From: a virus
DNA: 64,000 nucleotides
Direction: 5' to 3' (one strand)
UHGV virus genome: UHGV-0038492
The translations under genes and the position numbers were made by a program. The notes beneath the pieces were generated by a model, which saw only the letters and a list, made by a program, of their open reading frames with translations, was not told the origin of the DNA and ran no database searches. Shown piece after piece: positions 18,951 through 27,054 of this stretch; the first letter of the stretch is position 1; every line of letters begins with the position of its first letter.

Positions 18951-20301
18951 TAAGCCGTCAACATTTGAACCTGTAGACCGGCCTATCCCCGAATTAAACA
19001 AACCCCAGGACGGTGTAAAAGAAACCACCAACATCGTTACGCAACCCACACGTACAACCGTTACTGATTTAGACCGTATTCCAAAGCAATACCTAATGAA
19101 GTATCTGGAAGGGTCAGCATGGACGGTGGACTTCTTTAACTTCCTGAAAGGAAGAAACGACGCCAAGAAGTTTTTCGATTCGAAAGTGCTTACACCTGAC
19201 CAACAGGTAGAGAAAATCATCGGGTTGGAACTGCGTGTAACGACACCACTCGACCGTAGCCAAGACACCACGAACAAAACGTTCAGCATGTCAGGCGCTG
19301 CAACAATCGCAAACTCGATTATCCCTAACGAGGGTTGCTTTTTCATCGCCCCTATCGGTGACGGTCGTTTTGCGTTGTTTAACGTTACCAACGTTGTGCG
19401 TATGTCGAATAACAAAGTCGCGACGTACAACATCGAATACACGTTACTTTTCGAAGTTGACCCAGAAACCGCAGAAACGATTCGTCGTTGTACCGTACGT
19501 GAATACTACTACGTTGCAGAGCGTGCCTGGACAGGCGGTGATACACTTCTCACACCGAAAGAGTACCGCGCGTTCCTGGAAGTCGTTGACGCGATTGAAG
19601 ACATTGAGCAGACGTATGTAAAACGTTTCTACGACGGTGAAACGGCCACATTGTTGTTCCCACACGATCGGCACAGTGACGGTTTGCGTAGCCGTGCTTA
19701 CTACGATGTGTTCTTAGCGCTGTTTGTGCGCGCGCTGGGATTACGTACCGTAGGTAAGGATATTCAGATTTATCCGCACCCACCGATGAACGTGGAAGAC
19801 ATTGAAACGGTGTGGACAGCGCTGCTGCAACAGTCGCCAACGTTCTTAGCAGATTACAAACGTGACAGTTCGGTGTGGCAAACGAAAACTTTCCGTACGA
19901 TGCAACATCGTAATTCAGTAACGTGGTCGTTGATTTCTGACACCCGATTCTTTACGGAAGAGTTAAAGCCCGGTTACGGGATGGCACAACGTTTCCCCGG
20001 TCAGTGGCCAGAATGGAAACCGTTTGAACCGGTTGAAGTTGAAAACTATCGTGGGAACGAAGGAGAGTCTATTCCGGCCTTCCTACCGCTGTCCTTTAAA
20101 CCGTATTTGCTGAGCGAGACGTTCTACGACGGTTCTTACAGTTCGTTGTTGGAATACGGCTTGTACTTGTACCTGCATAAACGTCCGCTACCGTCGGTAA
20201 TTGCGTTAAAATTGTTTGAGGAGGTTTATAAACTTCCGAAAGACGCACAGTTCTATTACATTCCGATGGTGTATCTGCTTTTAAGATATTCGAGGGATTA
20301 A
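18931..20301 (+). CDS. hypothetical protein (456 aa)
   Basis: Long ORF overlapping upstream gene by 20 nt. Confidence 0.65.
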   Translation: MLKAKRDKPSTFEPVDRPIPELNKPQDGVKETTNIVTQPTRTTVTDLDRIPKQYLMKYLEGSAWTVDFFNFLKGRNDAKKFFDSKVLTPDQQVEKIIGLELRVTTPLDRSQDTTNKTFSMSGAATIANSIIPNEGCFFIAPIGDGRFALFNVTNVVRMSNNKVATYNIEYTLLFEVDPETAETIRRCTVREYYYVAERAWTGGDTLLTPKEYRAFLEVVDAIEDIEQTYVKRFYDGETATLLFPHDRHSDGLRSRAYYDVFLALFVRALGLRTVGKDIQIYPHPPMNVEDIETVWTALLQQSPTFLADYKRDSSVWQTKTFRTMQHRNSVTWSLISDTRFFTEELKPGYGMAQRFPGQWPEWKPFEPVEVENYRGNEGESIPAFLPLSFKPYLLSETFYDGSYSSLLEYGLYLYLHKRPLPSVIALKLFEEVYKLPKDAQFYYIPMVYLLLRYSRD

Positions 20302-20302
20302 T

Positions 20303-20842
20303 GTGTCAGTGAAACGTAGTGCAGCATTTATGCTGTTCCATAAGTGGGTAGCGTGGCGTGTTCCTGAATGGACAACCATCACCCAGTATATGTCGCAAGA
20401 ACACGGATTGTTCTTGCCGGATGACGAAAAGAAAGCACGAGCGATTTTGTTGAACAAGAAAACGGTGTATATGCGGCCATTTGAAGTGGCGGTGTATGCT
20501 GAGACCGGTGCTGCGTTAGATGTTCACGATCCGAATGACGGTATTATCGTTTACGGGTATATCATGGAACACCTGGCAGATTGGTTACATTACATGCAAG
20601 AACCTCATCTGACGACGCGCAAAGTGCCGATAGAAGGACTCCGGCAGTTCAACGCCTTAGCGTGTAAACTCTTTCCCGTTGCTAACCGATACGGTTACTT
20701 TAAGAAGCCGGAAGTGACGATGGCGACGTCGGTACAAGCGTTATTTGGAGAGGTGCGTTTAGAAGCGCAGCAACACCGTTTTAACGATACGATAATGCGA
20801 CGTATAGAAACGATTTATCGTAAAAGGGGAGGTATACTGTAA
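20303..20842 (+). CDS. hypothetical protein (179 aa), GTG start
   Basis: GTG at 20303 with RBS gaggg 6 nt upstream; alternative ATG at 20330. Confidence 0.55.
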   Translation: MSVKRSAAFMLFHKWVAWRVPEWTTITQYMSQEHGLFLPDDEKKARAILLNKKTVYMRPFEVAVYAETGAALDVHDPNDGIIVYGYIMEHLADWLHYMQEPHLTTRKVPIEGLRQFNALACKLFPVANRYGYFKKPEVTMATSVQALFGEVRLEAQQHRFNDTIMRRIETIYRKRGGIL

Positions 20843-22161
20843 TGTCGTTTGGTCGGTTACAGAACATAGCAAACGTGCATATCGCACAAGCGGCGGGATT
20901 ACCGGCCATCGAATACGTACCTATCATTACGGTACGTGGCACAGTTATCAGCGTGTTTAAAACGTTGTCGATAATCCATGCCAGTAACTTCGCGCAGGAC
21001 TTAACGACCATCACCCATCTTACCGTGATGATACCGTTAAGCCAACAGCGTGTGTTAACGTCTTCCGCAGACGGGGATTTGTCCGTGAAAATTCTAATGC
21101 GGACAATGAACAAGAAAACCGTTGCGAAACTCGACTATCGGGGTATCGTCGTAAACAACCACGATCCCGACATGGAATCACCCACGATGTTCTTAGGTGA
21201 GTCTGACCAGAAAGCGTTAGCGGTCGTCACCCTGGAGCTGATGGACGAGTCAATGTGGTTCTTACGTTGCCGACAAGTCGGTGGGATTTATCACGAGACA
21301 GACGGTCTTAGTGTTGTTCGTGCACTGCTGTCAGATACGTTACCTACTGGTGATGCGCCAGAAGGTCAGTTGGTGGGCGTGGAATACGAGGAAGAGGAGC
21401 AACAACCGTATCGGGATATTTTGATTCCTGACTCGGAAAGTTTCTTGTCTGTGTTCGATTACCTTCAGAATCGTTACGGGGTTTATAGCCAAGGGCTGGG
21501 GGTGTTCCTTTACAAACACCGCTGGTATATTTTCCAACCTTGGGATTCTAAGAAGTTTTCATCAGCGAAGAATAAGCTGGTGATTATAAATCTACCGAAA
21601 GAGAAAGCAGCGTATCTGAATAAGACTTGCCACATTGACGGTGACGTGATTTACCTGATTTGTGGGGGTGATGTACACACCTTCGAAGATAAAGACTCCT
21701 TAGCACTAAACCAAGGTACCGGTTATCGTGTGGGGTCTATCCGTGCGTTGGATGGTCGTGCGTCCTCGTTCTCGTCAGGTGATGTTTCTGCTACAACGTC
21801 TGATTCGTTCGTGTCAGCGGCTGACCCGACGCAATATCCGGGTGGGGTAGTTAACGCACCAATTGACCCGAACCAACACTTCTCGGACACAGATAAACCG
21901 CAACGGTCTAAGTTAGCGGCGGCGAAAGGAACGCTAACCGCAACAACCTGGAACGCATCAACGTATGGCCTACTCCGTCCGGGGATGGCAGTAAAATACA
22001 TTTATGCGAATAACTATGGTGTATACACGCGTTACGGAACATTGGTTGCAGAAGTTTTCCAAGGTGCAATTGATGGCGGTTCAGCGGCTTCACCACGGTT
22101 TAATACCATTAGTCAGTTGACGTTGTGGCTGACTAATGAAAATTTTACATCCACAACGTAA
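20842..22161 (+). CDS. hypothetical protein (439 aa)
   Basis: ATG overlapping previous stop (TAATG); RBS aaaggggagg. Confidence 0.65.
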   Translation: MSFGRLQNIANVHIAQAAGLPAIEYVPIITVRGTVISVFKTLSIIHASNFAQDLTTITHLTVMIPLSQQRVLTSSADGDLSVKILMRTMNKKTVAKLDYRGIVVNNHDPDMESPTMFLGESDQKALAVVTLELMDESMWFLRCRQVGGIYHETDGLSVVRALLSDTLPTGDAPEGQLVGVEYEEEEQQPYRDILIPDSESFLSVFDYLQNRYGVYSQGLGVFLYKHRWYIFQPWDSKKFSSAKNKLVIINLPKEKAAYLNKTCHIDGDVIYLICGGDVHTFEDKDSLALNQGTGYRVGSIRALDGRASSFSSGDVSATTSDSFVSAADPTQYPGGVVNAPIDPNQHFSDTDKPQRSKLAAAKGTLTATTWNASTYGLLRPGMAVKYIYANNYGVYTRYGTLVAEVFQGAIDGGSAASPRFNTISQLTLWLTNENFTSTT

Positions 22162-22193
22162 GTTATGTCGACAGCAACCTAAAGGATTTGTTA

Positions 22194-22994
22194 ATGAGCA
22201 ATTTACTTACTTTCCGCATGTCTGGTCAAACGTTAATGCAGATTGACGAGTACGAAAAAGAACATTTCGCTAAACCGTCTAAACTGTTAGAACGTTGCTT
22301 AAAGGTTATTCCAGGCGGCGAGCATTGTCAGCTAGATTTCGTCATGGCGTCTTCTGCTGACAAAACGGTCTCTGTTATCTACACGGTTGACGGAGTACAG
22401 GGCCATCGCTTATTACCGATTGAAGAAAAAGGTTCTTTGGGTAATTTGTTGTTCTTGCACGCAATCACGACAGCGGTAGTGACGGGTGCACTGGAAGCAC
22501 AGTACGGTTTCGCGTATTGCTATTTCTACGCACAGAAGCTGGCGAATGCGGTAGTTCCAGGAGAGCCGGAAACGTATCCGAAGTATATCGAACGTTTGCT
22601 TCCGACACACTTTGCTGAGTCTGACGACTATGAGTTCAATGCTTTCCGTTTCACGATGATTGGCGAAGCGCGCGATCCTGAAAACACCATTGCGTTACGT
22701 GCCGTTGTTCGTTACGCGGTAATTTCGTCTGACAGCGGAATGGCAAGCAACTTCAACGAAGTGTTCCCGGTTATGCAACTCGGTCCGTATATCACGTTTA
22801 ACGCGTACGTACCGTTTACTTGTCAGTTAATCGGCCCGCAGGATAACGATTCTATCCTCCCGATTACTGAAGAGAAAGGTCTGCATATTCGTGACGCCGT
22901 AGAAGTCATCAACGATAAACGTTTTACGATCTCATCGAAAAGCGGCATTGCTGATGAAGAACTTGCGGTCGTGAACAAAATGCAAGTGATGTAA
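22194..22994 (+). CDS. hypothetical protein (266 aa)
   Basis: ATG 22194 with RBS aaagga 7 nt upstream (track start 22188 is TTG). Confidence 0.6.
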   Translation: MSNLLTFRMSGQTLMQIDEYEKEHFAKPSKLLERCLKVIPGGEHCQLDFVMASSADKTVSVIYTVDGVQGHRLLPIEEKGSLGNLLFLHAITTAVVTGALEAQYGFAYCYFYAQKLANAVVPGEPETYPKYIERLLPTHFAESDDYEFNAFRFTMIGEARDPENTIALRAVVRYAVISSDSGMASNFNEVFPVMQLGPYITFNAYVPFTCQLIGPQDNDSILPITEEKGLHIRDAVEVINDKRFTISSKSGIADEELAVVNKMQVM

Positions 22995-22998
22995 AATT

Positions 22999-23040
22999 AT
23001 CCCGTTACCTTTGTGGGTAACGGGATGTCCTTTTATTTAC
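22999..23040 (+). terminator. Rho-independent terminator
   Basis: Stem tcccgttacc / ggtaacggga then tgtccttttatttac. Confidence 0.7.
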
Positions 23041-23158
23041 TCGTAAATGCGTCTTAGACGCTGTTTTACACCTTAAGACGATTAATGGTGTTTAAAAAAT
23101 AAAAGGTCGTCAGAATGCGATACAGCGCGTTTTAGAGGGTGTTTTAATTAAAATATTT

Positions 23159-23199
23159 TCAGATATATATTACTTAGGTGAGAGAATTACGTAATACTC
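23159..23199 (+). promoter_or_regulatory. conserved promoter-like element copy 2
   Basis: tttcAGATATATATTACTTAGGTGAGAGAATTACGTAATACtc with palindromic AATTACGTAATA. Confidence 0.5.
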
Positions 23200-23230
23200 A
23201 TTTATCGAATACCTAATTAGGAGCTATATC

Positions 23231-23374
23231 ATGATTTCTGTAAAACACAAAAAAGCTATCTTCGCTGTTGTTATCGCTGTTGTTCTGGGTTGCCTGTACC
23301 TGGATATCGACAAAGGCTACGACACTTGCATCGACAACGGTAATTCCGTTGCACAGTGCACTGGTCGTGGTTAA
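23231..23374 (+). CDS. small putative lipoprotein (47 aa precursor)
   Basis: RBS aggag 8 nt before ATG; hydrophobic N-terminus ending in lipobox-like VLGC; mature part has 3 Cys; highly biased codons; flanked by promoter-like element and terminator. Confidence 0.5.
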   Translation: MISVKHKKAIFAVVIAVVLGCLYLDIDKGYDTCIDNGNSVAQCTGRG

Positions 23375-23380
23375 TGTATA

Positions 23381-23410
23381 AGGCACCTTCGGGTGCCCTT
23401 AATTTTTTAT
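23381..23410 (+). terminator. Rho-independent terminator
   Basis: aggcaccttcgggtgccctt then aatttttta. Confidence 0.75.
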
Positions 23411-23428
23411 CTATTGGAGTATTTTTAA

Positions 23429-24244
23429 ATGAAAACTATCAAAGACTATTTTCCGACTGGCATCAGTAGCGACCATTTCGTACCAGCGGATTCGATGGAA
23501 ATTATCAGCAAGTCCAGTAGCGGTGAGTTTGTTATTTACCTAACTAATGTAGGAGGTAGACCGAGTTTCATTCTCCTCGAGCCTAAAGAAATAAGTGTCT
23601 GTACGGTTGCTGTAAATGTTTCTTGCGGCCTTAGCTGGTTGAAGTCCAGGCTGTTACGCTTGCTCGTGGTTAATACTGACCCAGCAGTACGCTTAGAGCG
23701 ATTAAAAGCAATGAATGAAGTTATCCTGGGTTTTCTGCTACATCCTATTTACGGTAACCCTAAAGTCGCAGAAGCAATACAAAACGTACAGTTAGTAGAG
23801 TGGAGTGATATTAACTACGAGCGTGCCTCCGAATTTGTATTACAGGCAGACGACAACACCGGTGTGTTCTCACAAACGTTGGATAACGTAACGGTAACCG
23901 CGCGTGTGTTGTTTGGTTTACAACGCGTAGAGTTTGAATTGAAACACGTCTACGTGAGCAATGAGCCAGAGATGGTGGAAACGTTGATTCGTGCGTTCGC
24001 ATATCCGTTAGACGGTGAATGGGAACAGCAGATTAACGGAGCGTTGGAAGCCATGCATTTCCTGGCTCAAACGTTAAGGAAGGATGAGAAATTGAAAGGT
24101 CGTGTTTATCCAGAACACGATTTTGTTTGTGAAGAATGTGGGGCACAGTATCAAATCCGTGTTCCTTTAACCGGCCTAACATTCCCGCAAGCCAACGTGC
24201 AATGTAAGGAATGTGGCCATGTTCAATACGTAGCGATTAAATAA
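23429..24244 (+). CDS. hypothetical protein (271 aa) with C-terminal CxxC...CxxC zinc-ribbon-like motif
   Basis: ORF with RBS ggag; C-terminus CEECGAQYQ...CKECGHVQY. Confidence 0.6.
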   Translation: MKTIKDYFPTGISSDHFVPADSMEIISKSSSGEFVIYLTNVGGRPSFILLEPKEISVCTVAVNVSCGLSWLKSRLLRLLVVNTDPAVRLERLKAMNEVILGFLLHPIYGNPKVAEAIQNVQLVEWSDINYERASEFVLQADDNTGVFSQTLDNVTVTARVLFGLQRVEFELKHVYVSNEPEMVETLIRAFAYPLDGEWEQQINGALEAMHFLAQTLRKDEKLKGRVYPEHDFVCEECGAQYQIRVPLTGLTFPQANVQCKECGHVQYVAIK

Positions 24245-24248
24245 AAGC

Positions 24249-24296
24249 AACCCCTAATCCCGAAAAGGATTAGGGGTACACTTTATTTATTTTCGC
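24249..24296 (+). terminator. Rho-independent terminator
   Basis: Stem acccctaatcc / ggattaggggt with loop cgaaaa, then T-rich tract. Confidence 0.8.
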
Positions 24297-24320
24297 AATT
24301 TCAACATAGGAGAAAAGTTC

Positions 24321-24479
24321 ATGAAACATGAACAGTTGTTTCAAAGGTTAAACGAGTTGTCCGTAAAACAGCTCGAATTTCAACGAAGGGTTAGTGAAAT
24401 AGCGCAACCAACGTTAACTCAGCCCAAAGTTGCTTATCCAAGAAACACCCAGTTGATAGTTGAAAGGAGAAGTAACTGA
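24321..24479 (+). CDS. small hypothetical protein (52 aa)
   Basis: RBS aggagaaaag before ATG; own downstream terminator hairpin. Confidence 0.35.
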   Translation: MKHEQLFQRLNELSVKQLEFQRRVSEIAQPTLTQPKVAYPRNTQLIVERRSN

Positions 24480-24485
24480 TAAAAA

Positions 24486-24516
24486 CAAGGGGGTGCTGCC
24501 ACACCCCTTTTTTACG
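24486..24516 (+). terminator. Rho-independent terminator
   Basis: aagggggtgctgccacaccccttttttac. Confidence 0.65.
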
Positions 24517-24633
24517 CTTTAACTTTTCCAAAGAGAAGTTAAAGCAGTAGGGGATGACCGACATCCCCTACTGTACGGTGCCAACGCATAAAGACGTTGG
24601 CGTTTCTTACAACGTTACTAAAGGTAATGAAAA

Positions 24634-24804
24634 ATGAACGATTATCAATTACAGATGTTTAATGCGGCGATGCGTAACCGTGAAAAACAAATTCAGTTCA
24701 ACCAACGCATGGATGAATATGTTCGCCTCGGTCTTGTTGCGGCACCTAAAACATCTAATAACCAGAATATACAGCAACCCTATGTAAGGAGAACTGGCTA
24801 CTAA
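24634..24804 (+). CDS. small hypothetical protein (56 aa)
   Basis: RBS aaaggtaatg before ATG 24634; followed by GC hairpin 24816-24837. Confidence 0.35.
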   Translation: MNDYQLQMFNAAMRNREKQIQFNQRMDEYVRLGLVAAPKTSNNQNIQQPYVRRTGY

Positions 24805-24941
24805 TTAACTAATACAGGGGGTGCACTACCACCCCCTACTTGGTTCAGTAGTTGACTTTCGTTCATAATTATTAGATGTCTTGTTTTTTTTGCTTTTCAG
24901 GACGCATAAGGGGTCGTAGGGGGAGCCGAAGCTCCCCAGAC

Positions 24942-26504
24942 TCAAAAGAGTTCGTCACCCATACCGCCTGTAAAGACGTTAATCGACGATGCAGTCACTG
25001 TTTCTTCTTTATCGCAATCCCAAGGCAGAATGCCAACTTCACGGAAAGGTATTACTGTATAATGGTAAGCTTCTTTAGTATCGATAATTGTACGGTGTTT
25101 ACCACGTTGTACTTCTAAGTAACTATGTCCATTGACAACACGTTTGTTAAAATACATCTCACCGTCAGCTTCGTTATCCAAGCTGGAGCAGTTATCGTAA
25201 AGACCGCGACCTGGTAAGTTCTTACAGAAACTTGCTGGGTCTAACGCTTTTAATTTTTTGCCTTCTGGTGAGATTTGGTGTGGTGCTAACAAGAAACCAC
25301 GGTTACGTACTACCTGGATGTTTCGAGCGATACGATAAATTTCTTTAATGTCGCTACCGGCAATCCCGTTACCGTGACCTGCTTTACTGATAGTCCCGAA
25401 ATAGTCTCCGCGAATCCCAGCTACATGATAACCTCGACGCTTTAAGTCCAGTATTAAGTCGTTTAAGTAGTGTATTTTAAAATCTGAGTTTGTGTGTTTC
25501 TGAAAGATGTATTCCCAACCGTTAGCCCGCATTTTACTACAGAGGTAGTCCGACATTTTTGTGTTGTGTAAAGCTTTCTCTTCGTCGGTAGCGTTTTCAG
25601 AAGCAACCATAACCGGTGCTTCACCTTCAAAATGACCGTAGAGCGCTTGGTACGCATACGCCAAGTTAACGTCCAGTTCGTTCTCTAAACTTAAATCGAG
25701 AATAACCGGCTGCAAATCCCCTTTAACATTTTCCATTACTTTTTCGGGTGTATTGAATACCGGAATACTGATAGACAACAACAGACTAAAAAGTGATTTA
25801 CAGTTAAAAGGCAGTGCAGGCATTAACCAAAGCTCTTCGGTAATCCCTTTGTTACAACCCAGCATCTGGTTAATGGCTTTCCATCCGGTACGTAAACCGT
25901 TACCCGCTGCTTTCTTACTGATGGAGTCGAACACATGCACGAACGGTGCACGGTTATCCGTAATAAGCTCGCCTACGAGTGAGGGAATCTTATTATGAGA
26001 GCGTTCACTGAACGTAGAGAGACTATCTCTGAGGTCGTTGAGCGCCGTTTGTAAATCAACGCGCGTTTCGGTTCCGTTCAGTGCGCCTAACGTACGACCT
26101 AATTTTTGTTTCAGTTGTACGCCTTGAATAGCTTGACGTAATTGGAAGTAGTATTGTGCTACTTGACGGTTAAGATGCTCGATGCGTGCTTCTGGTTCTT
26201 CTGGAATATCATCTTCCAGGAATTTGGTAATCGTATCGTATAGAGGACGTATTTGCGTAGTGGCCAACTTCAAACGTTTCATGACGTTTGTGTGGTCGTA
26301 AGGCATACCGCCGTCTATGATGGATGTGATGATATCCTTGATTTCGACGAGGGCGGCACGTTCGTCACCTTCCTCTACGTAATCAGGAAGCTTAGCCTCT
26401 AACAGCACTTTTCTTATGACCTCATGATCCTTCTCAGGGTCGGTCAACAGACTTTCAGTGTATAGTGTGGCTAATGCGGTTATCAACATCATTTTGTTAT
26501 TCAT
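24942..26504 (-). CDS. hypothetical protein (520 aa)
   Basis: Long minus-strand ORF; hairpin ggggagc/gctcccc just downstream of its stop; hydrophobic N-terminus. Confidence 0.6.
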   Translation of the reverse strand: MNNKMMLITALATLYTESLLTDPEKDHEVIRKVLLEAKLPDYVEEGDERAALVEIKDIITSIIDGGMPYDHTNVMKRLKLATTQIRPLYDTITKFLEDDIPEEPEARIEHLNRQVAQYYFQLRQAIQGVQLKQKLGRTLGALNGTETRVDLQTALNDLRDSLSTFSERSHNKIPSLVGELITDNRAPFVHVFDSISKKAAGNGLRTGWKAINQMLGCNKGITEELWLMPALPFNCKSLFSLLLSISIPVFNTPEKVMENVKGDLQPVILDLSLENELDVNLAYAYQALYGHFEGEAPVMVASENATDEEKALHNTKMSDYLCSKMRANGWEYIFQKHTNSDFKIHYLNDLILDLKRRGYHVAGIRGDYFGTISKAGHGNGIAGSDIKEIYRIARNIQVVRNRGFLLAPHQISPEGKKLKALDPASFCKNLPGRGLYDNCSSLDNEADGEMYFNKRVVNGHSYLEVQRGKHRTIIDTKEAYHYTVIPFREVGILPWDCDKEETVTASSINVFTGGMGDELF

Positions 26505-26517
26505 GGAGCATCCTTAA

Positions 26518-27042
26518 ATGCAAATTCGTTTTAGTCCACCGTGGGAAGTTCAGCCTAACATAGATAAAGGCGCTGCCGTTAAAAGTGTAGAATTGCTCCA
26601 GGCAGGGTTCTTTAACTGGTTATATGACTGTCCGAATGGTTTCAGTTCTATCATTATACCTGAAGTAAGTCGTTCTGCTATTTATAAAGCGTTAATGGCT
26701 CCGCCTGTACTTCCAGGTAAATATTATGATCAGGTGTTACGTCTGGTCGAATCAGGCGAAAAGGTTTCCCTTGACGATTTATATGGGGAAACAATTCCTT
26801 GTCGCTTACGCTGGGTCTTTACCCAACGTGGTGATACGATTGTGGCGTCATTTGCAGAAGCGAAGTCCGGTTCGGGTTTTTCTTCGGGTGAAGACCACGC
26901 TGCGAAAAAGATGTTCTGCGCAGAACTTTTTAAATATATGCGTACCAAGACTCGCGTCGTGGATGACTGCTTCAGTACCTCAACGCAGTTTGCCGCTAAC
27001 GAAGTGCTGACGCAATTATACGCATGTCATTTATCTCATTAA
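26518..27042 (+). CDS. hypothetical protein (174 aa), immediately upstream of capsid gene
   Basis: ORF starting 14 nt from the divergent minus-strand gene; ends 12 nt before capsid gene start. Confidence 0.6.
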   Translation: MQIRFSPPWEVQPNIDKGAAVKSVELLQAGFFNWLYDCPNGFSSIIIPEVSRSAIYKALMAPPVLPGKYYDQVLRLVESGEKVSLDDLYGETIPCRLRWVFTQRGDTIVASFAEAKSGSGFSSGEDHAAKKMFCAELFKYMRTKTRVVDDCFSTSTQFAANEVLTQLYACHLSH

Positions 27043-27054
27043 GGTATTAAACAA

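Noticed and set aside
24880-24900. T-run at 24882-24900 as a + strand terminator
   Set aside because: No stable hairpin immediately precedes it on the + strand; it more likely belongs to the 3' region of the minus-strand gene with hairpin 24920-24937.
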